Source: an uncultured Clostridia bacterium (GTDB lineage: Bacteria; Bacillota; Clostridia; Christensenellales; UBA1242). Taken from it: a DNA stretch of 64,000 nt. This document shows positions 27,991-36,380 of this stretch, one piece after another; the first letter of the stretch is position 1, and each line of letters opens with the position of its first letter. Position numbers and translations under genes: made by a program. Below the pieces are notes generated by a model. It saw nothing but the letters and a program-made list of their open reading frames with translations. It did no database searches and was not told the DNA's origin. The DNA lies in assembly GCA_934747255.1 (NCBI GenBank), contig CAKVGH010000002.1:73319-137318 (forward strand), written 5' to 3'.

Positions 27991-28195
27991 CATTTTGCAA
28001 TAAAAAATCACCTATTTAGGTGATTTTATATTTCTAATTTGTAGTTTTTACAGCAAAAATGTTCTATATTGAAATATAACAAAAACTCTTTTACATTTGG
28101 TAGGAAATGACGGCAAAATTGTAAAAAAAATGTTTTTTTAGACTTTTTTTGCTTGTGCTAAAATTCGCATAAACAAAATACTATACTATAAGCGG

Positions 28196-29794
28196 GTGAT
28201 AAAAATGAAATTAAAAGAGTTATTAAAAGATGTTTGTGTTTTGTCAAAACAAAACTACAACGACAATTTGGAAGTTGAAGCAATTACTGATAACAGTAAA
28301 AAAGCTTGCAAAAATTCACTATTTTTTGCACTAATTGGAACAAACACAAATGGGTCTGTTTTTATTGACGAAGCAACAAAAAATGGTGCAAAAGTTGTTG
28401 TTTTGCAAGATGATGATTTATTAAAAAAATCAGTTTTTGAACAAAAAATTTTGAAGAAAAATAACAAAGTTATTTTAGGTAACAAAAATAGCGGTAATTT
28501 TAGTAAAACTAGCAATGTGCAAAAAACGGCATATATTTGTTATATTTTTGTTGACGATATACGAAAACAAATGAGCAAAATAAGTGCAAATTTTTACCAT
28601 AATGCACATCAAAACTTAAAAATAATTTCGGTTGTTGGAACAAACGGAAAAACAAGTACAAGTCATATTTTGTATTCTATTTTAAGGCAAGCGAAAAAAT
28701 CGGTGGGTGTTATTGGTACAAATTCAATAATTATTAACGATGAAACACGAAACTTTGATATGACAACGCCCGACCCAATTTTCTTGCACCAACTCTTTTT
28801 TGAAATGGCTCAAAAAAATGTTGAGTATGTAGTTATGGAAGTCAGTGCTCACGCCATTTTCTTTCACAAAATGTATGGCGTAAAGAGTATATGTACCATT
28901 TTTACGAATTTTAGCCAAGACCACCTTGATTTTTTTGGTAGTATGGAAAAGTACAAAAACATCAAAATTAGTTTTTTTAACTCCCAAAATACAAACCTTT
29001 CTATACTAAATATTGACGATGATGTTTCAATGGAAATTTCTCGCCAAACAGATACCCCAATTCTCACTTTTGGCATTAAAAAGCCAAGTGATGTTTTCGC
29101 AGTAAATATATCAATGAATTTGTCGGGGAGTGAATTTGTAGTAAATTATCAAGACGAAGTTTTCAGCATTAAAACAAACTTAACTTGTCTATTTAATGTC
29201 TATAACATTTTGGGTGCTATTGCTTGTAGCAAAGTTCTTAATATAAAAACAATAGACATAAAAAAGGCATTAAGTAATCTTGATAAAATTGCTGGCAGAT
29301 TTGACATCGTTGACCTTAAACAAAACTTTAATATTGTTGTTGATTATGCACACACACCAGATAGTCTAAAATCACTTCTTGAAAACATAAAATCATTAAG
29401 CAAATCAAAGATAATTACAGTTTTTGGCTGTCCGGGTAATCGTGATGAATTAAAACGAAAGATTATGGGCGAAATTGCGGGAAAGTATAGCGATTATTGT
29501 ATTATTACAAGCGACAATCCACAGTTTGAAAACAGCATAAAAATCTTGCGTCAAATAGAAAGTGGCGTGGAAAAAACGAATTGTCCATACAAACTGGTTG
29601 ATAACCGAAAAAATGCCATATCGCTTGCTATTTCCATTGCACCGCCAAAATCAACAGTTTTAATAGTAGGAAAAGGCACTGAAAACTATCAAAATATCAA
29701 CGGAGAGCATATTCCTTACAGCGACTATGATGAAATAAAATCACAAATATTGCTTGCAAAAAAATTAAAACTCAACAGCAAGTTTTTGTATTAA
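28196..29794 (+). CDS. murE: UDP-N-acetylmuramoyl-L-alanyl-D-glutamate--diamino acid ligase MurE
   Basis: GTNGKTST P-loop and DYAHTPDS are present. DNPQ replaces the DNPR motif. The start could instead be the ATG at 28205. Confidence 0.9.
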   Translation: MIKMKLKELLKDVCVLSKQNYNDNLEVEAITDNSKKACKNSLFFALIGTNTNGSVFIDEATKNGAKVVVLQDDDLLKKSVFEQKILKKNNKVILGNKNSGNFSKTSNVQKTAYICYIFVDDIRKQMSKISANFYHNAHQNLKIISVVGTNGKTSTSHILYSILRQAKKSVGVIGTNSIIINDETRNFDMTTPDPIFLHQLFFEMAQKNVEYVVMEVSAHAIFFHKMYGVKSICTIFTNFSQDHLDFFGSMEKYKNIKISFFNSQNTNLSILNIDDDVSMEISRQTDTPILTFGIKKPSDVFAVNISMNLSGSEFVVNYQDEVFSIKTNLTCLFNVYNILGAIACSKVLNIKTIDIKKALSNLDKIAGRFDIVDLKQNFNIVVDYAHTPDSLKSLLENIKSLSKSKIITVFGCPGNRDELKRKIMGEIAGKYSDYCIITSDNPQFENSIKILRQIESGVEKTNCPYKLVDNRKNAISLAISIAPPKSTVLIVGKGTENYQNINGEHIPYSDYDEIKSQILLAKKLKLNSKFLY

Positions 29795-29809
29795 AAATTT
29801 TTACATTCT

Positions 29810-29838
29810 TTGACAAATATCGGCAAAGACTTTATATT
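29810..29838 (+). promoter_or_regulatory. sigma-A type promoter upstream of mraY
   Basis: TTGACA (29810-29815), 17 nt, TATATT (29833-29838). Confidence 0.55.
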
Positions 29839-29846
29839 TTTTTATT

Positions 29847-29885
29847 AAATGCACAACATATCTTTATAAAAAGGGGTGTGCATTT
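29847..29885 (+). promoter_or_regulatory. 5' UTR hairpin with the mraY SD in its loop
   Basis: aaatgcaca (29847-29855) / tgtgcattt (29877-29885), a 9-bp stem. The loop contains aaagggg. TTT and then the ATG at 29889 follow. Confidence 0.5.
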
Positions 29886-29888
29886 TTT

Positions 29889-30893
29889 ATGGATAGAATT
29901 TTTACTGCAATTTTAGTGTCATTCATAGTTGGACTTGTTGTTTCGCCAATAGTGATATTTTTTGCAAAAAAGTTGAAAGCAAAACAAAATATTTACGAAT
30001 ATGTCGATATGCACAAAGCAAAACAGGGAACACCAACTATGGGCGGTATTGGAATAATCATTGCCCTTGTTATTGGCTCGGTTTGTGGTTTTTATGGCAA
30101 CAATAATCTTGCAGTTTTAACTCTTATGATTACGCTTTGCTATGGCATTATTGGTTTTTTAGACGATTTTTTGAAAATATTTTTCAAACGAAATTTAGGG
30201 TTAAAACCATACCAAAAAATTATTGGACAACTTCTAATAGCGATAATCGTAACAATTTTTGCATACAAAAATGCGTTTATCGGTAGCGAAATTTTTATTC
30301 CTTTTTCAACCATAAAAATTACACTTGGCTGGTGGTTTATTCCATTATGTTTAATAGTATTTTTAGCAACAACAAATGCGGTAAATTTAACGGACGGATT
30401 AGACGGACTAGCAGGCGGTGTAAGTCTAGCGTATTTAATGGGCTTTTTGTTTGTTTGCTATATAATTTTCACAAAACTTACAGGTACTATGCAAACAGAA
30501 CTTTCACTTGAACAAATGAATTTGTTTGTGGTATGCGGTGCAGGAATAGGCTCTCTTTTAGCATACTTGATTTTCAATTCGTTCCCAGCACAAATATTTA
30601 TGGGAGATACAGGTTCTCTTGCTCTTGGTGGGCTGATTGCGTGTCTTGCAATATTTTTAAGACAGCCACTTTTAATACTAATATTAGGACTTTGCTTTGT
30701 TTGGAGTGCGCTCTCTGTATGTATTCAAGTGGTATATTACAAACTAACAAAAAAACGAGTTTTTCTAATGGCTCCTTTTCATCATCATCTTGAAAAAAAG
30801 GGTATGAATGAAAACAAAATTGTCGTCATATACATAGTTATAACTTTAATAATTAGTGTGGGTGGCATTTTGATAACATTGCTTTGTAATTAA
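29889..30893 (+). CDS. mraY: phospho-N-acetylmuramoyl-pentapeptide-transferase
   Basis: GTPTMGG, NAVNLTDGLDGLA, FMGDTGSLALGG and PFHHHLE. Confidence 0.95.
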   Translation: MDRIFTAILVSFIVGLVVSPIVIFFAKKLKAKQNIYEYVDMHKAKQGTPTMGGIGIIIALVIGSVCGFYGNNNLAVLTLMITLCYGIIGFLDDFLKIFFKRNLGLKPYQKIIGQLLIAIIVTIFAYKNAFIGSEIFIPFSTIKITLGWWFIPLCLIVFLATTNAVNLTDGLDGLAGGVSLAYLMGFLFVCYIIFTKLTGTMQTELSLEQMNLFVVCGAGIGSLLAYLIFNSFPAQIFMGDTGSLALGGLIACLAIFLRQPLLILILGLCFVWSALSVCIQVVYYKLTKKRVFLMAPFHHHLEKKGMNENKIVVIYIVITLIISVGGILITLLCN

Positions 30894-30923
30894 AAATTTG
30901 CTCTCACATTGGGAGCATTTTTT

Positions 30924-32282
30924 ATGAATTACAAAAACACAAATGTACTTATTATCGGTATGGCAAAAAGCGGACAATCTGCCATGGAATTTTTGCAAAA
31001 GCATAAAGCAAATGTGTTTATTTACGACAGCGATATTGATACTCTTTCTCAATTAAAAAATAGCATAAAAAATATTACTATTTTAACTAAAATTGACGAA
31101 CAATCCTTGCAAAACATTGATTTAATCGTTTTATCACCTGCGGTGAGTATATTCTGCGAAGAAGTTAAACTTGCACAACTTTTTGGTATAAAAATTATCA
31201 GCGAGTTACAACTTGGACTAGATAATGCAAAAGGCGATAAAATTTTGCTCACTGGAACAAACGGCAAAACAACAACAGTAAACTTAATTGAACAGGCTTT
31301 TAATTATGCAAAACGAAAAAATTTACTTGTAGGGAATGTGGGAAACCCAATTACCAGGTATGTTTCAAAATATAGAACAAATTACATTGTGGAAGTTAGC
31401 AGTTTTCAACTGGAAAGTAGTTTGGTAAAGCCAAACATTGCTTGCATATTAAACATTACTCAAAATCATCTAAACAGACATTTTAGTTACGCCAATTATA
31501 TTCAAACTAAATATAAGATTTTTTGCAATCAAACAAAGCGAGATTTTTTAGTATTAAACTATGATGACGAATTATTGCGAAAACTTCAATCAAAACAGAC
31601 AGAAATCTTTGGTGAGTTAGTAGATATAAAATCAAAAATATTTTGGTTTAGTGCCAAAACCGATGTTTTAGGTTCATACCTTAAAGACGGAAAAATTTAT
31701 TTTAATAATGGTAAAAAAACTACCTTTATTGAGTACGAAAAAAACATAAAACTGCTGGGCAAACATAATGCTTACAATGTTCTTGCTATGGTTACTATTT
31801 GTATGCTTAAACATTTGCCACTAAAAGCCATTAGGCTCGCAATTAAAAATTTTGCTGGGGTAGAACATCGTTTGCAACTTGTTGCTAGCAAAAATGGTGT
31901 TGACTATATAAATGACAGCAAATCAACAACGCCTTTTTCCACCATAACGGCACTTAATGCGATAAAAAAGCCTGTGGTTTTAATTCTTGGCGGAAGCGAT
32001 AAGGGGCTTGATTATGACGATTTTGTCAGCCAAATATCTTGCAAAATTAAGTATGCAGTTTTAACGGGCGAGATTGCCGAAAAACTTGAGAAAAGTTTTC
32101 AAAAAAACAATGTAAAAAACTACTGTGTAGTCAAGCAATTTGATAGGGCAGTACAAAAGGCAAAATCACTTTCTAGCAACGGCGACTGCGTCCTTTTGTC
32201 GCCAGCAACAGCAAGTTTTGATTGTTTCAACAACTTTGAACATCGTGGCGAAGTTTATATAGATTTAGTAAAAAAATTATAG
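30924..32282 (+). CDS. murD: UDP-N-acetylmuramoylalanine--D-glutamate ligase
   Basis: Start moved to the ATG at 30924 (gggag 9 nt upstream). GMAKSGQS Rossmann fold, GTNGKTTT, and HRLQLV...DSKSTTP. Confidence 0.9.
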   Translation: MNYKNTNVLIIGMAKSGQSAMEFLQKHKANVFIYDSDIDTLSQLKNSIKNITILTKIDEQSLQNIDLIVLSPAVSIFCEEVKLAQLFGIKIISELQLGLDNAKGDKILLTGTNGKTTTVNLIEQAFNYAKRKNLLVGNVGNPITRYVSKYRTNYIVEVSSFQLESSLVKPNIACILNITQNHLNRHFSYANYIQTKYKIFCNQTKRDFLVLNYDDELLRKLQSKQTEIFGELVDIKSKIFWFSAKTDVLGSYLKDGKIYFNNGKKTTFIEYEKNIKLLGKHNAYNVLAMVTICMLKHLPLKAIRLAIKNFAGVEHRLQLVASKNGVDYINDSKSTTPFSTITALNAIKKPVVLILGGSDKGLDYDDFVSQISCKIKYAVLTGEIAEKLEKSFQKNNVKNYCVVKQFDRAVQKAKSLSSNGDCVLLSPATASFDCFNNFEHRGEVYIDLVKKL

Positions 32283-32289
32283 GTGCAAT

Positions 32290-33438
32290 GTGAAAAAAAT
32301 AAAGGTTTTAGATTTAAGGTCATTCAAAACAAAACAACTAAACTTTTCGCTAATTTTTGTTACACTTATTTTAGTTGTATTTGGCATACTAATGGTTTAT
32401 AGTGCTTCGTGTTATAGTGCCAATATTTTGTATGGTAACGACAAATTTTTTATGAATAAGCAAATTGTTGGAGCAGTTATTGGCGTATTTGCTATGGCAT
32501 TTTTCACCTTGTTTGATTACCATAAACTAGAAAAAATAAAGTGGATTATTTTGGCTGTTTCGATTGTCCTATTAGCACTCGTTTTCGTTCCAGGTATTGG
32601 TTTTAGTAATAATGGTGCAACACGATGGATAAGATTGCTTGGAATATCTATTCAACCAAGTGAAATTGCAAAATTTGCTTTTGTAGTTTGGACGAGTTCA
32701 TACCTAGCAAAAAACTATGATTATATTAAAACTTTTAAGGGCATTTTGCCTGTATTATTTGTTGGAGTAATTTACTGCGGGTTAATTATTTTAGAGCCTA
32801 ATATGTCCATTACAATGTGTATGGCAATAACTATGATTGTTATGCTTTTTGTGGGCGGAATTAGAGCAAAACACTTTTTACTACTTGGCTCGGCTGGGCT
32901 TGTTGCAGTGCCTGCGTTAATTATTGCAGAGCCATACAGATTAAAAAGACTAATTGCCTTTACTAATCCTTGGCTCAACCCAAAAACAGAGGGCTATCAA
33001 CTTATTCAGTCATTATATGGGCTGGGAGCAGGTGGACTTTTTGGTACTGGCTTGTTTTGTTCAAGACAAAAGTATCTGTTTTTGCCTTTTGCCGAAAGTG
33101 ACTTTATATTTTCAATTATTGGCGAAGAATTAGGACTATTTGGCTGTGTTATTGTGCTACTTTTGTTTGCAATTTTAATCTATCAAGGCATAAAAATCGC
33201 TTGCAATGCAGTCGATAGATTTGGCTCTTATTTAGCAACAGGAGTTACAACGGTTATCGCAAGTCAAGTGTTAATCAACATTGCGGTTGTAACAGGTTCA
33301 ATACCACCAACTGGCGTGCCGTTACCTTTCATTTCAAGTGGCGGAACAGCACTTGTAGTTTTTATGGGGGCAATAGGCATACTACTCAACATTCATAGGC
33401 AGAGCAAAAACTCTGCTTTTTTTATGACAAAAATTTGA
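32290..33438 (+). CDS. ftsW: SEDS-family peptidoglycan polymerase FtsW/SpoVE
   Basis: 10-TM SEDS protein with RWIRLLGISIQPSEIAKF and PLPFISSGGT. Confidence 0.9.
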   Translation: MKKIKVLDLRSFKTKQLNFSLIFVTLILVVFGILMVYSASCYSANILYGNDKFFMNKQIVGAVIGVFAMAFFTLFDYHKLEKIKWIILAVSIVLLALVFVPGIGFSNNGATRWIRLLGISIQPSEIAKFAFVVWTSSYLAKNYDYIKTFKGILPVLFVGVIYCGLIILEPNMSITMCMAITMIVMLFVGGIRAKHFLLLGSAGLVAVPALIIAEPYRLKRLIAFTNPWLNPKTEGYQLIQSLYGLGAGGLFGTGLFCSRQKYLFLPFAESDFIFSIIGEELGLFGCVIVLLLFAILIYQGIKIACNAVDRFGSYLATGVTTVIASQVLINIAVVTGSIPPTGVPLPFISSGGTALVVFMGAIGILLNIHRQSKNSAFFMTKI

Positions 33439-33487
33439 TTGCAACAGATTTTGTTTTTATGTTATAGTGAATTATGGAGATTAACTT

Positions 33488-33985
33488 ATGAAAGAAAAAA
33501 GAGATTTGTATAACAACGAAGGAAAGCCAACAGGTTTAACATATTATAAGGGCGAAAAAGTCCCAGAAGGCTATTATCCTATGGTTGTTATGATTTGCTT
33601 GCAAAATAAAAAAGGCGAATTTTTAATGCAAAAAAGAGTTTTGGAAAAAGGCGGAGATTGGGGCGTTACTGGTGGTCATCCAAAAGCGGGCGAAACGCCA
33701 GAACAAGGCATTATAACCGAAGTTAAGGAAGAACTTGGGCTTGATATTAGCGGACTATTGCCAGAATTGTTCTCACAAGGTTGTGATGGCAAAGATTGTT
33801 TTAGAATGTATTATCTTTGTATTGATATTGACATTGAAAAATTATCTATTCAAAAAGAAGAACTAACCGAAGTCAAGTGGTTTTCAATGCAAGAACTTCA
33901 AGATATGGTTGATAAAAAAATTCTAAATTTAGACCAAATAGCGTGCTTTACCAAATGCGTTGATTATTTACATAATAAAAAATAA
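33488..33985 (+). CDS. NUDIX hydrolase
   Basis: Nudix box GGHPKAGETPEQGIITEVKEELGL. Confidence 0.8.
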   Translation: MKEKRDLYNNEGKPTGLTYYKGEKVPEGYYPMVVMICLQNKKGEFLMQKRVLEKGGDWGVTGGHPKAGETPEQGIITEVKEELGLDISGLLPELFSQGCDGKDCFRMYYLCIDIDIEKLSIQKEELTEVKWFSMQELQDMVDKKILNLDQIACFTKCVDYLHNKK

Positions 33986-34114
33986 AAATTTAGTAAAATT
34001 CAGCAAAATTAAGCTTTATATTTTTATTTTAAGAATATAATTCTTAAAATAAAAATTTGTTCAATTTATTAAAAAAAGTAATCAAAGTAAGTCTAAAAAA
34101 TTTTAATTTGATAG

Positions 34115-34143
34115 TTGACAATGCATTATTTTTAGATTATACT
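34115..34143 (+). promoter_or_regulatory. sigma-A type promoter of the leader/M20 transcription unit
   Basis: TTGACA (34115-34120), 17 nt, TATACT (34138-34143). Confidence 0.6.
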
Positions 34144-34168
34144 AAAAAAAATGAAAGGAGAGAAAGAT

Positions 34169-34207
34169 ATGTTTAATTCAGTTATGTTTTTGCATCATAA
34201 AAATTAG
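34169..34207 (+). CDS. candidate leader peptide MFNSVMFLHHKN (an in-frame ATG at 34151 would give the 18-aa MKGEKDMFNSVMFLHHKN)
   Basis: SD aaaggagag (34154-34162) lies 6 nt before the ATG at 34169. It sits between a consensus promoter and a terminator, upstream of the M20 gene. Confidence 0.35.
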   Translation: MFNSVMFLHHKN

Positions 34208-34298
34208 CATTTCATAAAACGATATGTTTTGTGAATGCTTTTTAGTGTGTAGCAAAACATATAAATGGATTAAGTATAGATTATATAAATTCTTGTAG

Positions 34299-34340
34299 CC
34301 CGTTGGTATGTTTTGATAGGAAACAATCAACGGGTTTTTT
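34299..34340 (+). terminator. intrinsic terminator (attenuator) 12 nt upstream of the M20 peptidase start
   Basis: cccgttggt (34299-34307) / atcaacggg (34326-34334, one G-U pair), followed by TTTTTT (34335-34340). Confidence 0.7.
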
Positions 34341-34351
34341 AAGGAGAAATT

Positions 34352-35425
34352 ATGAAAATTTTAGAAAGGCTAGTAGCCATTGAATCGTATGAAAATTGTA
34401 ATAAAATTTTAGATTACATTAAAAACGAATTAGAAAGTAAAGCCATAGAAGTAAAGGTTTTTGGAGATGATACAAAAATCTTATTGGCAGGATTAAATAC
34501 ACAACTATTTGACATTTGTCCAATAGTTCTCGCAGGGCACATTGACACAGTTAGTGCAAACATTAAACTTTATCAAACAAACCCTTATGTTTTAACTCAA
34601 ATAGATGGTAAGGCTTTTGGGTTAGGTTCTATTGATATGAAAAGTTTTACAGCGGTAGTGCTTGATAACCTTGAAAAAATCAAAGATACAAAAACTCCAA
34701 TAATTTTGGCTCTTACAACCGATGAAGAAACCGAATTAAAATCGGTGGAACTTATGGTCGAAACATTTAGAAAATTAAAAATTAAGCCTAAAATGACAAT
34801 TTTGGGCGAGCCAACAAATAGTGAATTTGCTCTTTGCTCAAATGCGTGTTATGAGTATTCCATAAAGTTTTACGGAAAAGCGTGCCACAGTAGTAGGCTA
34901 AACGAAGGAGTCAATTCAATTTGTGCGTGTGCTAGATTTATTAGTTTTGTAGAAGATAATCAAAAAAACTATAATCTAACATCAAATTGCGGAGTTATAA
35001 CAGGTGGGGAAGTCGTCAACAAAGTTCCAGATTATACCGAACTAAAATTTGACATTAGGTCAATATATCCAACCGATGTTGACAAATTTATCAATGATAT
35101 TTATGATTTTATAGACAAATTGCAAAAACAATATGTAGGACTTGTTATAAAAATTGATAGACAACTGGCAATTCCAGCATTTAATATGTTTGATAACGAA
35201 AAACTTAATGCCATTGCAAAGGAATTAAACATAAAAACAAATTCATTTTCGGGTGGCTGTGAAGCAGGCTATTATACAAGTTATTCTGGCGATGCGGTTA
35301 TATTTGGAGTAGGCGATTTGGCTCTTGCTCATAAACCTAATGAATATGTTGTTGTAGACGAATATAAAAAGTACTCTAACACATTACTTATGGTTTTGAA
35401 GTGTATTGAAAAGTACTATTTTTAG
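34352..35425 (+). CDS. M20 family metallopeptidase (ArgE/DapE-like deacylase)
   Basis: LAGHIDTV, LTTDEETE, a dimerisation-domain insert and AHKPNEYV at the C-terminus. Confidence 0.85.
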   Translation: MKILERLVAIESYENCNKILDYIKNELESKAIEVKVFGDDTKILLAGLNTQLFDICPIVLAGHIDTVSANIKLYQTNPYVLTQIDGKAFGLGSIDMKSFTAVVLDNLEKIKDTKTPIILALTTDEETELKSVELMVETFRKLKIKPKMTILGEPTNSEFALCSNACYEYSIKFYGKACHSSRLNEGVNSICACARFISFVEDNQKNYNLTSNCGVITGGEVVNKVPDYTELKFDIRSIYPTDVDKFINDIYDFIDKLQKQYVGLVIKIDRQLAIPAFNMFDNEKLNAIAKELNIKTNSFSGGCEAGYYTSYSGDAVIFGVGDLALAHKPNEYVVVDEYKKYSNTLLMVLKCIEKYYF

Positions 35426-35625
35426 AATAGTTAAATTTCAAAAATCATTGAAAAATAATTGCTAATAATACAATTTGTAAAAACAGGTATTTAACCGCTT
35501 TAATTAGAAGCGTGTAAGATGCTTGTTTTTTATTATTAAAAAATATTTAGAAAATAGTTGATAAGTGGGTCAAATGTAATGAAAAAATATAACAATTATG
35601 TTATAGTATATTGAGGACAAGAAAA

Positions 35626-36180
35626 ATGGATTTTATTAAAGAATTAGAAACACCAGATTTGATGTTAAAAAAAGCCAAGCAAGAAGACTTGGAAAGCATT
35701 TTTAATAATTACTGGTGTAGTGAAGTGCCAGCCAAATATATGCTATGGACACCACAAAAAGATTTACAACAAGCACAAGAAAGGCTCAATAAAACACTTC
35801 GTTTTCAAAAAGACCACTTTGCATTTTTTATCTATGAAAAATCTACTAATCAAGCCATAGGACAAGCAGGTATGATAGAAGTAGAACCTAATGTATACGA
35901 AGATATTGGCATAGGTATGGGCGAAAAGTTCGTTGGCAAAGGTTACGGCAAGCAAATTTTAAGATGTTTTATCAATTATTTGTTTAGTAAAGCAAATGCA
36001 AAAAAGATTATTTGCTCTTGTTTTGAAGATAACATTGCTTCAAGAAAAATGCAACAAGCGTGTGGCTTAAAATATGAGTATTCAAAAAAATGCACTAGGC
36101 AACGAGATAATTTAGAATACACGGCAGATTACTACACAATTACAAGGGAAGATTGGATAAAAAATAGCAAAAAAGATTGA
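35626..36180 (+). CDS. GNAT family N-acetyltransferase (RimJ/RimL-like)
   Basis: Start moved to the ATG at 35626. GKGYGKQIL (acetyl-CoA loop), NIASRKMQQACGLKYE. Confidence 0.8.
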   Translation: MDFIKELETPDLMLKKAKQEDLESIFNNYWCSEVPAKYMLWTPQKDLQQAQERLNKTLRFQKDHFAFFIYEKSTNQAIGQAGMIEVEPNVYEDIGIGMGEKFVGKGYGKQILRCFINYLFSKANAKKIICSCFEDNIASRKMQQACGLKYEYSKKCTRQRDNLEYTADYYTITREDWIKNSKKD

Positions 36181-36342
36181 TATGATATGGCAAAGCGAAA
36201 GATTGAGTAAAAGATTTTGGATAATTTAGATTATTAAACAAATACTCTATCAACACATTACAATGACTTTTATAATCCAAAACAAATCTAAATCAAATAA
36301 ATGGTTATTTTGTAATAATAGACATATTATTGTACTGTTTTC

Positions 36343-36367
36343 AAAGCACATATTATTGTGCTTTTTT
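36343..36367 (+). terminator. terminator-like hairpin 14 nt upstream of the murA start
   Basis: aaagcaca (36343-36350) / tgtgcttt (36357-36364), T-run to 36367. Confidence 0.55.
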
Positions 36368-36380
36368 CATAATTAAAACT

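Noticed and set aside
28004-28027. The terminator AAAAAATCACCTATTTAGGTGATTTT is nearly identical in its stem and flanks to the terminator at 43537-43569 (AAAAAATCACCTAATTAAAGGTGATTTTTT). Considered as a dispersed repeat family.
   Set aside because: There are only two copies. The stem is the SD/anti-SD-like AGGTGA/TCACCT pair, which arises easily, and A/T-run flanks are generic to bidirectional terminators. A genome-wide count would be needed before calling it a repeat element.
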